A stretch of 53,707 nt of DNA, taken from Phoronis australis (taxonomy: Eukaryota > Animalia > Phoronida). Below, in pieces: positions 36,867 through 50,182 of the stretch. The stretch covers positions 1-53,707 of the forward strand of contig NMRA01001111.1 of assembly GCA_002633005.1 (NCBI GenBank), in the 5' to 3' direction. The position numbers and the translations under genes were made by a program. Each line of letters opens with the position of its first letter. Position 1 is the first letter of the stretch. The notes beneath the pieces were generated by a model, which saw nothing but the letters and a program-made list of their open reading frames with translations, made no database searches and had not been told where the DNA came from.

Positions 36867-37687
36867 TGAATTCATTTGGCATGTAGACAATTTTTGTTCC
36901 ATTATGGTGAGAATGCATTATGTGGTAATAGAAAAACTTTTTTAGGAGAAAAGTAAAATCAAGGAACATTGTTAATGTTTGTGTTTTGTTGTCATCTACA
37001 AACACTTGAGAAATGAGAAAAGGTTTATTTTGGCAATTCTTTCTATGCGAAATTAGTAAGATTTTTGCCGTATTTCATCTGTATATGGTATTACAAAGTT
37101 TCATCTCAACACAGTGTATACAGAATTAGTTCAACATTGTAACTCGCATTCATGAACGTTTTATTCCTAACAATATGAAGTTCTCTTTGTGGTACAAAAC
37201 TATCAAAAAGGGCATTCTATGATTGCAGTAACTTAATTGCTGTTTACATTTACAAAGTTGACACGGATCAGCTGACACGGCACAAGTTGTTCCAGTGTGT
37301 AAACGGACTGACATGGAGCAAATTGACACCGCGGTGACAAATTTTTGCCACCCGTTTGCGCCCGAACATCTTGCACCCTGTCAATTACAAAGCGAAGTGT
37401 CCTGTAGGGCACAAGATTTTGTTGGCTTAATCGGCACAAGACCTGCATATGCACATGTATATAGCTCCATTGTATGATCTGTGTAGGCCTACCGCTAATA
37501 AATCTTAGCTTGTTTGTCATTGCGGTTTCAATTGCCGGCGGTCATGTTCAGTCCCCGGCGGTCCTGTTTTCTGGTGGGGCGGCCATGTTTTTAGGTGCGT
37601 CAGTCCCATTTTCTGGTGCGGCGGTCCCATTTGATCCCCGGAGGTCCTGTTTTGGGTGAGTCGGTCCGATTTAAGAGGAGCGGCGGT

Positions 37688-37849
37688 NNNNNNNNNNNNN
37701 NNNNNNNNNNNNNNNNNNNNNNNNNNNNNNNNNNNNNNNNNNNNNNNNNNNNNNNNNNNNNNNNNNNNNNNNNNNNNNNNNNNNNNNNNNNNNNNNNNNN
37801 NNNNNNNNNNNNNNNNNNNNNNNNNNNNNNNNNNNNNNNNNNNNNNNNN
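37688..37849. other. Assembly gap (N run)
   Basis: Run of N bases, preceded by GCGGTCC-type short repeats at 37535-37687. Confidence 1.
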
Positions 37850-38205
37850 AATAAACTGAATTTATAAATTAAGGTTTACCAACTATTATAGCTTAAAACA
37901 CGTTTTTTTCACGCTAAGCTTTGACCGGGAAATTATCGTCTGCTAAAGTAGGTTACCACTGGTAACTGAATATAATTCTCAAGCCAAAGATCCTGACGAC
38001 ACGATACCCGCATTCAAACTGGAGATCGGTGATTTACAAGTAAGAGGACATGAGAGAAATATTTCATTGAATTAAGATGTCATTTTTATGGAAATTATGT
38101 GTCTTATTTTTCGCAGCGTATAAGTACAGTACAATGTGGTTTGTTGAACGTGCGATTATTGCGCGTGCTCATTTAAGTATTCTATTTTCACTCTTGATGA
38201 CGTCA

Positions 38206-38282
38206 GCCGCTGCGTAGTGTAGTGGTTAAGGTCGGCGACCAGCAAACTCAAGGTCCCGGGTTCGACTCCGTCCTCGGTTTCC
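38206..38282 (+). mobile_element. tRNA-derived (SINE-like) head
   Basis: A box TAGTGTAGTGG and B box GGTTCGACTCC at tRNA-like spacing. No convincing full cloverleaf. Confidence 0.55.
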
Positions 38283-39827
38283 CGCCAAATCGTTATCTCA
38301 CTAGTGAGATAACTTTATGGGTTATTACACGGTTGTATCTGTCATTTGAGGCTAATATTGTGGTATAAAGCATAATATCTGAAAGTTTCACAAGAATCCA
38401 ATCAGCCATTTCTGAGATGAGGTGTCCTGCACTCTACAGGTCACAATTTTCGTCCAACTTGCACGAAATTAGCACACGACGTGTAGATCTGGATGTCCTG
38501 GAAGCCTATTGTTTTTGGTCATGGTCGGATTCAAAATGGCGGATGTAGCATCCATTTGGTTTACGGTTTCAGATTCAAATGCTCATAGAGGCCGCATTTT
38601 TCAACGTACAGAGCTGAAACTGGTACGATTATTACAGAACACAAGTACTACAACTGTGCGGTAAATCTTTAACTTCTGGTCAAAGATGGCGGAAATATTG
38701 GCCATGGCGTATGCTCACCTCGATATCTGGCTGAAAATGTTTTCTCCTGTAGAGGGCGCATTGGTGAACCAATCATTTTCAATCTCGTCACATGTTTGTT
38801 TCGTTTGATTGGCTATTATAAAAGTTTATTTAACCGGAAGTCACTTTCAAGACGGGCATCTGGCGCATGTTGACCCATGCTGGAGTGCCATTTTAAACGG
38901 GAAGAGAGAATGACGTGAATTTTTGCATGTGGAATCTTTGACGTATACCCTTTGAAGTGACCTGTAACAATTTCTTTCTCAGACTTACCGTTTTCCAGTT
39001 TATATTTGACTTTGAACTTCTTAAAAAATTTTGCACATTTTTCAAAAAATTTACGGAATTGTGTGATACTATGAATTTAGATAGAGCTTTGAATGGGCTT
39101 TTAGAAAATGTTTTCCATTTTTTGCTAGGACGTCTACTTTTCGAGTTATTCAAGATTTTCTGATAGCGCTGTTCCTTTGTTGAGCGCTCTTGCTGCATTA
39201 ATGTTGGTTTAGCTTCTACTGAACAAGACTTCAGCCTATTTCTTAGTGATTTCTTCAATAGTCACATGAATGTTATCGTGTTGTTCATAATCGCCGCCTT
39301 CATCGTCATGATCATCGTCCTCCCCATCGTCCTGTTTTCGCTTAATTTTGCCAAGTGTCGCTCATCGGAGCACTCTCATTCTGTTGTTCATTGTTGGCAT
39401 TCAGCTGGCCGGCTGTAACAGATGTCACCGGTGACCACCGGTATCTTAGTTTCCCAGTCTAAATTTGGTTTCAATATTTTCTCAAGTTAAATCGTCAGGA
39501 TATTCTAACTGTATAACAATTTTATTCAATTATTTTGGTATTGCATGTTCGGTGTTAGGTATATACTGTTTGTTCTTGATTTCAACTATTTATTGCGATA
39601 AAACAGCCGGCGACCTCATGCCTCTTCCTTTCGCGAATGCTGGCAAAATATTTCTGTCAAAATTTGTTTGTCACATTTTGTGAACAATTTCAATGCAAAT
39701 TGTCCTGTTTTGGCTTTATTAAAGTTAAGGTTCGCTGTCAGATTATTTTATCTCGATTTGCAGGCTGGTAACAGATACTGCCACAGTCGCACAGCTGGTG
39801 TTCTTAAGCCTGGGTTCCTCAATGAAT

Positions 39828-40331
39828 TAGGGCTTGGAATTTTCCGCGGAAACGCGGATTTCCGCTTTTTTCAAATGTTCTGTCCGCGCATTCTATTATA
39901 TTTCCGCGTAAAAAAATCGGATTTGATGTAAAATTTCCGCGTCAAATTCCTTTCTTACCGCGGCGTTGTAGACGACGTTCACCTCGAAAAGCGGAAGTTG
40001 CTCTTTATGTTTCGGAGGAACGTACATTGTCAACATTGCAGTGGCATCTGGGATAGCGTGGTGGGATTTTCAATGGCGTCTCGTGTTATTGTAAACCGCG
40101 GCGACAAATACTACGGCTCTGCAGCCAAAAATGTGTGGGTTGGGAGTGGACGGACGAGCTAAAAGGACGCAGACGCATGCTACTGATGGTGGTAATGTTT
40201 TTTTTTTATTTTTTGTCCTCCCGACTTTTGTCGGGGAAAGGTTCACATGGATCATTTCAAGGCTGGGTAGCGCGCATGATTTGGGCGGTAAAAGTTTCCG
40301 CGTTATTTATCATTGGTCATTCCAAGCCCTG
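39828..40331. mobile_element. Non-autonomous hAT-like element, 504 bp, 6-bp TSD
   Basis: TIR TAGGGCTTGGAAT / ATTCCAAGCCCTG. TSD ATGAAT at 39822-39827 and 40332-40337. TTTCCGCG subterminal repeats. Confidence 0.85.
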
Positions 40332-40571
40332 ATGAATTATACTTCTGGTTTCGCAGTTAGTTCAAAATGGTGGTGTGTTCTTCTGGTTGAAATCATGAGT
40401 GGTGCGTTTATTTAAACTTTCTTCGAATATGAATTGTGTATTAGTTATCATGGGATAGGTACTGCTTGGTTCCTTATAACTTCTTCTAGCCATTTAATAA
40501 GGGTTAAAACATGCGCTACTAGGACTTTAAGTCTCTCTTCCTGAAACAGACCTTGGTACTTGTAATTGCAG

Positions 40572-40702
40572 GTGCCATAGCGTGTGTCACCTTGCTGGAC
40601 CGGCTCAAGGGGGACCAGGTGGACACTCCGTCAGAAGTGAGAGAAGAGTGGCAGAAACGACCCCTTAAAGTGGTGGCCCGATATATCCAGAAACATCTGT
40701 AA
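40572..40702 (+). CDS. UPP1: Uridine phosphorylase last coding exon
   Basis: TTGCAG acceptor. Encodes AIACVTLLDRLKGDQVDTPSEVREEWQKRPLKVVARYIQKHL followed by a stop codon. Confidence 0.95.
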
Positions 40703-40996
40703 TACAGTCAGAGTTACATAGTCGTGTGGGGTAGGAGAACTAGGGCATGCTGCTGGTTGCACTGTCTGTCATGAAGCAATAGCAACTACGTGACTCCTGT
40801 TGGTATGACACTTGCTGTCACCGTGGGGAACATCAATAAAACTGCCGCTTGGCACCGGGGTCAATTGGGCATACTTTTGTATTGCTGAGAAGCATAATTT
40901 GTCTTCTATGTGGTCATCATCAGAGGAGCAGTATCGCCACCTCATTGGCGATATGCTAGCTGCCATTGCTTCATGAAATTCCTACATTGTGCAGTA

Positions 40997-41000
<4 letters not shown>

Positions 41001-41028
<28 letters not shown>
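41001..41028. repeat. (TG)n microsatellite
   Basis: About 14 TG units downstream of the UPP stop codon. Confidence 0.95.
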
Positions 41029-41032
<4 letters not shown>

Positions 41033-41649
41033 TGAGGAATTGTGAAGACATTTTCAAACGAAATAGTGTCAAGTACAACAGTGATATTCCACACACTTCA
41101 TAATTCAGTGAGATAACCCTGTGCATAATATGAAAGGGGATCAGTGCTCACTCTTGTTTTTTCTCTTTGATTCAGTCCTGTGTGATGAGGTTGACTTTCT
41201 AATTGGGTCACATGTTGCATTTGGGTCGATTAATTTGTGATAGAGGTGGGAACTTTGAATGCTGTGTTGCCAAATTTCTCAACAAAAGTAGCAAAACATG
41301 GAACATTTGACAGGACTGTTGTAAGCCTTGAAAAATGCAAGAGAAAGCAACGATTTCAGCAGTTGCTTTTTGTCTCAAACTTAGAATATTTACCCGCAAC
41401 CCACACAAAAAGTTCAAACAGCATCACCAAAGAGTGCATAATTTGTCCTAAAAAACACGCCAATTCCAAGACAACGATTGCCCAGCTGTATTTTGCAAGA
41501 TGGCAACTTTGCTATTATTGGGATAATGAATTAAGTTTAAGGCAAGGATAACCACCAATTTTCTGTCATTACAATGTGATACTTAGATGCCCATAATTTA
41601 GTAAATAGTTGGTAATCTCAGCATAAACTAGTATGTTAGACTTAATTTC

Positions 41650-42170
41650 TCACATAAAACATCCAGTGACTCAGAGCTGCCTTGTACTGCGTTCGTAAAC
41701 TCCAGTTGTGCTGTTTCGGATAATTGGTTGCCTGCGAACATGCGTTCCATTTTAACAGCTATTGTTGTTAGTGAAACCTGCGTTCCATTTTAACAGCTAT
41801 TGTTGTTAGTGAAACCTGCGTTCCATTTTAACAGCTATTGTTGTTAGTGAAACCTGCGGGGCATTGTCCGTGATCAGTGAAAAGTATTCGCTGACTTTGC
41901 CCTCGAAGCAGAAACACAACTGATCAATGCGCTCAGCATCAGTCATATTATTGGCTGCGACGTAACGCTGAAATTTTTTAAAGAATGCCACCCAGTTCCC
42001 ATGGCTGTCGAAGGACATTGACCGTGGTGCGCTCGAGAAGGTGCGAGGTGGTGACGTGGCCCCCAGGCCCCGTGGGAATGCTTCCGCATGAGTCGGGCAG
42101 GGTGTCTCATAAATCGTTTGATTAGCGCGTCGCACTCCGCATGGGGGTATGGTGGCGCCATGCTAGGGCG
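41650..42170 (-). mobile_element. Decayed retrotransposon gag fragment interrupted by a 38-bp triplication (41742-41855)
   Basis: SFDSHGNWVAFFKKFQRY...DQLCFCFEGKVSEYF...KMERMFAGNQLSETAQLEFTNAVQGSSESL is a gag-like pattern. Confidence 0.7.
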
Positions 42171-42967
42171 CACGCGGCAGAAGGCCAGCTACAAAATTAA
42201 CAACAAGTCAGAGTAAATGAATGAACAAGTTATTTTATAGGTAAATGATTCAGACACAAGTTCAGTACTTTTTATCGCATGTGTTCAGTCCTTATTACTC
42301 AACAAGTTTGTAGTCCTTTAAAGAGTGGAATCTTTCAAAACATACAACTGCATGCATTGCAACTTTGCAATCTACATTGAGTATTGCACTGCTTCCTTTT
42401 CTTTTTACGGTCCGAGCACACGACACAGTCTGGCCTGGATGCTCCAGTGCCCTCCAGGAAGTGCCGTCCAGATAGTCAACTCGATGAAGGTACTGGCTGG
42501 CCGTTCACGTGATTCTTAAACACACCCCAGAAGGCCCAGTTATTCAAAAATTTTCTTGAAAATTATTTTGAGTTCAATAACACTTGAAGATAGATCACTA
42601 GATGATGAGAAAAGCATTGAAAGAAAATTTGCACTCAACAACCTTGTTTTATAAAATGTTGCAATTTTGCAACAGTGGGAGCTGATGGTAGCAAATGTCC
42701 TATATTTAGCTAGACATTTGTTTGTAAAAATCACTACAAAACAATCAGATGGAACACTTTATTTATGACAATTACCCTAATTATCAGCAAAAACTAAGTT
42801 TGGTGTATTAGTAAACATTTTGTTTGGTACATATGAAATTTCACCCTTCTCTCATTCCTGTAATGCAGTCAGCACGATGTGTTCCAAGACCTCCTCGGTT
42901 GCTCTGTGGGCCAGAAATTCACACTGCTGTATCTAAACATACAGTTTAGTTGTGGTAACTAAATATG

Positions 42968-44600
42968 TTAGAGACGGAAACAGTTTTTTTGTGAAGTAAA
43001 GCACAGATGAAGTTCACATTTCTCGAATGCAATTCCAGTAAAGCCATCAGCACAGTACATGCAACAACCTCTTTTCGCAACTTTTATGGGCCAGTGACCA
43101 ACACCATCGCATCTAACCTCACGCGGAACTGCTGCCTTTCTTGCCCTCTTTGGTAGTGCAGATTTTGTCAATTTAACCTCATCCAAGGATGGCCGGCCTC
43201 GCTTGGGAGCTTTGCACATGATCAGTGAAGTCGCAATCTGGGCCTGGAACATTCTCAGCTTCATGAGGTCCCTTTCGGGCTTTTGAAGAGCACGAAATTC
43301 CTTTTGCTGTACTTGTACTTTGCTGACTGAGCATCGAACAGGTCGACACCACCCATAAATTTATATTACTGACTGACACAAAATGGCCTTGGGATTTGGA
43401 CATGGGACTTAAAGCTCTTGTCCCATCTTCTGACAATATCAGTAGGATTAGCACCAACAAAAGATGAAACGACAGTTACTGGCTTGTTGTCATACCAGTG
43501 CACAACGCAGATGTTTTTGTTGACCTCGACTTTTTCTTCATAGGAACCTCTTCCTTGTTTTTTCATTTCCTTTTCACTTTTGAGGCTGCACCCTTGAATA
43601 CGATTGGCTCGTATAGTACCCAGGTACTGTATTCCACGTTCATGTAGCTTGTTAACCAGCTTGATACCAGAAAAGAAGTCCACAATTATTTTGTAGTTCT
43701 TGTAAGATGGCAAAGTTGTTGACAAATTCAAAACAACATCCGCACACAGGCCCAGCTCAGATTTAAACGTATGCTGACTGCCTCTGTAAACTTCAAAATC
43801 ATACAGAAGTCCACTTACGGATGTACTAGCCCAGATTTTGAAGCCCCAAGGATGTGGTTTGCCACGAACATATTGTTTTATACCACTAAACTTCCCATTA
43901 AATTTTACCATCGTCTCATCGATTGAATTGTGCTCGTCGTGTAAGTTTAAGGCAGTTTTCGCGAAACCTGTCCAACCATGATGTCACCTTCCACAACTTT
44001 CTTTCTTTTCTTCATCAGTTACTAATAGGTTATTTGCAAAATGGGTTGACGAAAGAATGTCCTGGAACTTGTTCCGTGACATTACATCAGCAACGGGTGG
44101 ATATCTGGTTTCTGCCTCCCAATAGGTTCGATTGCCTGGCATTTTAACAATTCCCATGCGTAAATACATCCCTATTGCCTGTTCCATCTCTTTTGTAGAT
44201 ATATTACTAGGAACACCCTTTTTCTGCATGGTGTAAATGTTGCTACTTTCTGTCGAAGCATCAATCACTTCAACAGTTATGAACTGTTGGAAGTATCTAT
44301 ACGGCGATAGAACCTCTCCATCAAGGGGTGCATCATGACATGAACCTGTGAATGTAACATCACCAGGTTCGAACGTCTTGTTCCGCCACTTGAAAAGCTG
44401 CTTTTTGGTTGGCTGTTCACTAGTGCTGGGAGCAGGCTGGTTTATATAATGGGCTAGTGGTTCATCGTCTCTATCAGAAGTTTCATCATCGCCACCATGT
44501 TGCTGGGGAATGAAGTCTTCATCGTCATCAACATCACTAACTAAGCCCTCCACTCTCATCTCCATCTAACACCTGTAGCACATCTCCCAACTCGAGGTTT
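42968..44600 (-). pseudogene. piggyBac (PGBD-type) transposase, frameshifted
   Basis: Acidic N-terminus, SPYRYFQQF, MSRNKF, IDETMVKF, QYVRGKPHPWGFKIW, GTIRANR, WYDNKPV, MGGVDL, and a C-terminal Cys-rich domain CMYC...CELHLCF. Termini not identified. Confidence 0.92.
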
Positions 44601-45454
44601 TTCCTTGTCATTTTGAATCTGAAAATTAACCAGGAAATCGATTAGTGTTGCATTACGTGCATTTCAAAAGAAAAATCGAGTAATAAAAAATTACATTTGC
44701 TCGTAAAGACGCTGATTGAATGTGATATCAAAGAGACAACGTGCGTGACTCGGTAACAGAAAAAAAAACAAAAGGTCTTCACAAAAATTAAGACCTGCTA
44801 AGTCAAACTTACATACAAGTCGAGGGAAAGCAGCATAAAAACTAACACAGTCATTGAGTTTCTACTGACACACAGTTTATTAACTCTAACTCCAATATAT
44901 AGTGAATAGAAATTTGTGTGGGTTGTGACTGCAAAACAAAAATAATGTTTAAATATCCGGTGATCTCGTCTACATCATAAACATGAATGAAGTCTGGACA
45001 GCTGCCTGCTGTATACAGTTTCACTATGAGTGGACATTGGTTACTGACATAGTAAACAGAAACACAAGGATGTCCTGGAATAGTTATATAACAGAAATTG
45101 TTTTGCTGGGACAGTTGCATGTCAGAGGAAATGATTAAACTTGCACTTAATTAACACCAAACTTCAAGACATTACTGGGTTTTTCTTATAAACATTTAGC
45201 ATTAACTGGGCATGAACCCAACATATTGTCAGACAGAAGACTAAGCACAAGTCTGTTATCATGGTGATGACAGAGCCCGGTGTTGCAATTGACCTATCGC
45301 CAGGATTACGACTGACTGCTTAACTGACCAATCAGAACACAGCATTCTTGACACACCTTGGTCTGCTTTTCTGAGCCGCCATTTTACCCGACAAAGAGTA
45401 CGTTGGCGTGTATAGTTTATTTTAGTTTATACATCAAGAAATTTTGCCATTATA

Positions 45455-45661
45455 ATGGTTAAACGGTGCTGCTATGGCGTCTGCAAGTCCGACAGCCGGT
45501 ATGTGACTAGAGAGGAAAATCCTGTCTCATTTTGGCCATTTCCCAAACCGAAAACTCATCTCGAGCAGTGTAAGCTATGGATAAAACTCTGTGGACGGCC
45601 ACACGTACAGCTCAACTTGGCAATTTTGCGTGATTATCCCAAGGTTAAACATAAATATATT
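45455..45661 (+). pseudogene. THAP zinc-finger N-terminal fragment (probably DNA-transposon derived), truncated
   Basis: MVKRCCYGVC...FWPFPKP...LWIKLCGRP. It stops before the final CxxHF, where the LTR fragment begins. Confidence 0.8.
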
Positions 45662-45738
45662 ACAGCGACTGGAGTCTGACACACAACACATGTATTCACC
45701 CGGCTAGCGAGAGGGAATCACTACGCGATACTACTACA
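45662..45738 (-). mobile_element. Partial solo LTR of the short-LTR Gypsy family
   Basis: ACAGCGACTGGAGTCTGACA...AATCACTACGCGATACTACTACA matches 12498-12574 and carries the CAGCGAC and TAGCGAG variants of that copy. Confidence 0.92.
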
Positions 45739-48283
45739 GTAAGCAGCCAAGTCCTTTGAAAAGCAAAAAATATTACTACGAGCAATGCTGGTCAAGTTGG
45801 AACATGCCCTTAGACCCGGCTACCACTCATGCTATGTAATAGCCTAGCTCATCGCTGTCATTTTGTGGTGTTCGCAATTGGTATGCTCGCATATGTTCTG
45901 TTAATGGAATCTGATGTTAATGTTCGAGGTGTTCATTGAACGTCATGTTAAGTTATGGCCGTAACTGGTATGATGCGTGATCAAGCCACGCGCCATGCTT
46001 TCGAGAAGGAAAAGCATCTCTGACTTCACGAAGAGACACGGTCCAAAATCTGGCCCACTCCTATGGGACTGTTGCATCTCAATGTGCTGTAAAACGTATT
46101 ACGTGAGGGCCGACGACAGTAAGTCTCACTTCAGCTACAAAGATGCACAACAACAGAGAAACGAGATTGGTAAGAAGACGAAAGTGTTCGTAGACCACGA
46201 AGACTAACTCGGCCTGGAACAAAGATTTTCGACTAGGTAGCAATAATAACGCGTATACCCATGTGTAACAGAGATGTACATTCACAGATTTTTACAAGAA
46301 GTGACTTTAGTGCTCGAAGACGGTGTCACCACTGGACCTTTGGACCTCTAATGAAATCTCGATAAATTGTACGGATGATGGTGTTTGTACGTCTTTATAA
46401 TTGTAATGTGTTGGAATGTATTTTGTTGTAATTACAGGTTTCAACAACAATAGGTTTCTTTTCCATTTTGGGTCGTCACAACATCTCCTTTTCATGGGTT
46501 AGTCATACGCGACACCTGTTTGCATGGCGTTAGCTTATCACGACGACATGTGGTGTTGGAGTGCACTGACCTTTTTCCCCACTCTTGATCAGTTGAACAC
46601 TACAAGTTCATTTGAGCGTAATCAAAATAACTTCTTTTTAGTGTCAGAAATTTGTGTGGTGGACGGTGCCACGCCCTACATGCCCAGCGATGTCATCACG
46701 TGACTTCCTATTTGATTATGACTCTCGTTTTTTCTTACGTTACTTCCGGTTTGCGGAAGATTTCCCGTTACACGTATGACCGTTGAAACTAAGGTAGGCC
46801 TACATTTCGAACTCAAAGGGATGCCGTCATCTCCTGGTCTATTTTGGCCTATTTGACAATGACCCTACTGTCCTTTTTACTTCCTTCCGGTTTTCCGATG
46901 GCGCCGCTTCCGGAATCACCATTGACCTCTCATTTTTACCAATGTCATTTAACCCATGATCCTCTCAAACATGTCGCCTAAACGACTTACTACATTATTC
47001 GCCCCCAGGTATTAGGGACACCCTCCCGGCAGAAGCCCGTAAAGCCCCGCCTCCCCCGGGCCTGCATCGTTTTAAAGTGTACCTTCAAAGAATTACCTAG
47101 CTAAGAATCATTAAGTGAGCTTTTCCCAAACTGGACACTAATAAATTAAATGTTAATCTTATGCCTCATTTTAACTCTCCAAAATAGACCAAAACTATTA
47201 CTGGGATTTCCGAAACGTTGTTCGATTTTCTCATGTGCCGGCTAAAGCGGTATTTATGGATTTCTCAGCTCGCGCTGATTAAAGTTTGTCGGGTTACTTT
47301 TGTAGGCCTAACTCAAAATTAGGTCAACTCTCAACATTGAAATGTATGGCAGCTTATAGCCCATTTCTACACGTATTATTACAGCTGTTCAGTTCCCGTG
47401 TGTCTAGGCTATCGTTTATTATCGAAGGAAAACTAACTTATCTTGGAATTTTACTTATAAGTCGGCAAATTATCAACAACATGCTACAAACTTCAAACCT
47501 GCGCGAAACAGAAAATGATACTAAAAATAATGGTTTCACACTTTGCCAGCAGGAGCACATGCAAGTGACATCTGGTGCCAAAGTATTGGTATATTTTAAT
47601 TTGGCAAGCAAAGGAACATAGTGCCCCATGACTCAAGGTGCCCCACTTGCTCCTACTCCCACTCCTCCCCTCCCAACTCCCAATTGTGGTTTTTGTTGTA
47701 TTTTTGATACCATGCCTAAACCATCATTTACCTTGTTTTGAGAAGTCAGCATCATGAAACATTCCTTCATATAGCTCTGCACATCACAACTGTGAACACA
47801 ACATCCCGAAAACGTGAAAATAGAAGAAAAACAAAACTCTAGCTTCATGGACATGACTGTGACGTATGAACGTACCCAGCGTCTGTGGCCTGTCTACCAA
47901 CGGCTAGTTAATTCTTCAAACGTGTCTGCCATATCTGCGCTTTCCTGATGTCTGTGAGAAAATGAAAAGATCCGCAGCGTGCTCAAATACTAAGGCCTTT
48001 GCCATTGCCTTTGAAGCTTCGGTATTACAGAAGCTTTGGTCTGTGGAATTACTTACTTTTCAGTGGTCTTTTATCGAAGTCGTTAGCAGCTCTAGTTAAC
48101 TCCGAAGTTAAGAGGTGCCAGTGGATTTAGCAGCGAAGCACCGACGACCTTATTCATGCAGTCGCCATTTTAGTAGTAAGCCTCTGACGAGGCACACGCG
48201 TAAAAAAAATCACGCTTTGCGCTGTATTTAAGCGCAAAATGCATTGTTTTTAAAACGTAAAAAGGGTAATTTCTCAAATATAA

Positions 48284-48352
48284 GCAGTAGCGCGAAATCG
48301 AACCCTCTAGCTCCACTGTTGCTTCCACTGAAACGCTGTACCACTGAGCCAA
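48284..48352 (-). mobile_element. Degenerate tRNA-like (A/B box) sequence
   Basis: TGGCTCAGTGG (48341-48351) and GGTTCGATTTC (48294-48304) on the minus strand. Confidence 0.35.
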
Positions 48353-49789
48353 ATCGCGATAAACCTACAATAGTGAATGTCGATCACTCGGCTCCCAATC
48401 GTGGCAAGTACATGTTTTTAAGACTTTTTCGTTTGCAATTTCGTATGAATTTAACATGTTTTAATACCCTAATAGCTGATGAAATCATGTGCATCTGGGT
48501 CTTTTTGAACTATATCAGAGCTCCGTCTGTCGTGGCTGTTGAATTGTGGACAGTACCCTTGGCCAATAGTCGACAATCTACGCTACTTCGTACTTGGTTA
48601 GGACTTAACTGAAGAGGCCGAGCTAGCAACCGTTATTGTTTTCAAATAATAAGACATTTCATAACATTGCTCCAGCTTGTAGCCTTTTCTCATGTGGGAC
48701 ATTTTGCGAATATCTAGGTGTATGCGTTTCCGAACTGAGAGAGCATAAGTTTTATTTTCTCAGGTTACATTCGGTGGGAAATTCCTGACAACTAATACGT
48801 ATGCTATTTTTTTCCCTGTCAACAGTTTCTTTATATTCTTCTCAAAGGACCGTCGACAGCGATGAAATATAATCGCATTGTGCGATATACTGTCATCGTT
48901 ATTGTAGGCTCATGTGCAGCTCTGAATTCAAACTTCTTGGAATGACAACAAAAACTATTTTCTTTATTTTTTTAATCACTGTTTCAAATGCTATCTTATA
49001 TAAATCTTGCGCCGATGGCACTTTGTGCTTATTCAAAACCCCGGCACTGTTCGAACAAATCTCGTCTGGCTCTAGCCTAAGCATTCCAGCATGAAAATAC
49101 GGCAATGGTTGAAACACCAGTTAATTACGAGGTTATTTCCATCGTATTGGAAGTTCAGCAGTTATATTGTTTCTTCGTTATTAAATCTATTACGCAAACA
49201 AAAATCAATCAAAATTCCACAAGTTTCAGTTGCTTAAAATCAGTTGCCGCATGGCGCCGGGCGAATACCTCTGGGCCACTTTTCAAAATTTACTGTTTCG
49301 CCTCTGTTTAGCTGTCAACAATCGAAGCGCTTTAGGGCTTACAAAACACTCGTTAATCTTGAATTTTAGTGAGCCTACAACTCAGTCACTCACAGACAAC
49401 AAACGTCATTTTCGAATTCGCCGGTCAAGGCGGACCAGATCACCGGGTACTGCTTGAATATAACGGCTACTCGTAAGTCACTTTCTTGAGTCGCTGGTGG
49501 TTTGGATTTTCTGAATTGTTGGTAGTAACGAAAATAGAATCCTGTCATTCATTGTGAAAGAATATTATGAGTCTGGTATTATGAGAACTAATGCTTCGAT
49601 TTTTTGGTTTTTGAAGATTCTCGCCGGCTTGACTGGCTGGCCCATGATGTTCACAGGTTTCAAAAGATTGCATCGTCTGTTTTAGGCCTACAATATCGTC
49701 CCTGTTGGATCCTCCCTGTGCAATAAAGAATAGCGTTTTATGATTTACAGTGAAATTTATCCTAAGCAACGCCGAGTAGGCCTACTATA

Positions 49790-50182
49790 TAGGAGTAGGC
49801 CGGGGCCAGGCAGCTAGGGCAGACGTATTAGCCTGGCAGGATTGTGGCCGTCAGATATTTGAACTCCGGGAGTGCCAAATGGAATATGGGAGAATTTTAG
49901 GACGGGGGTCGTGGCGCCGTAAGCCCCCTTAAATCCGCTAGCGCTATATATATACCCCTATACTAGTGAGCCTACCAATCACGGCTCAGTATTGCTGCGA
50001 ACTAGCTAGAATCTAACCAAAGTCACCTGATCTAACTTTAAATACACGGCAATATCTCACGTAATCTCGCGAAGTTTTGCTTTTTAGTGAGGTCCTAGCG
50101 TTACTGAAGAGAGGCAGATTTGTTTGTGAAATCGAAATTATCCCCCCTGTCAATCATCTGCACGCTGCAAGCTTCGAGAAAG
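49790..50182 (+). promoter_or_regulatory. Putative transketolase promoter/5' region
   Basis: GC/CpG-richer segment with CCAATC at ~49975, TCTCGCGA at ~50065 and a YY1-like AAGATGGCGG overlapping the ATG. Confidence 0.45.

Noticed and set aside
37595-37867. ORFs spanning the N run
   Set aside because: Artefacts of the assembly gap.
38893-39258. 121-aa Lys-rich ORF
   Set aside because: It has a non-ATG start, low complexity, no splice context and no recognisable domain. Possibly a decayed TE.
45977-46207. 76-aa ORF downstream of the LTR fragment
   Set aside because: No recognisable motif, and it does not continue the THAP domain.
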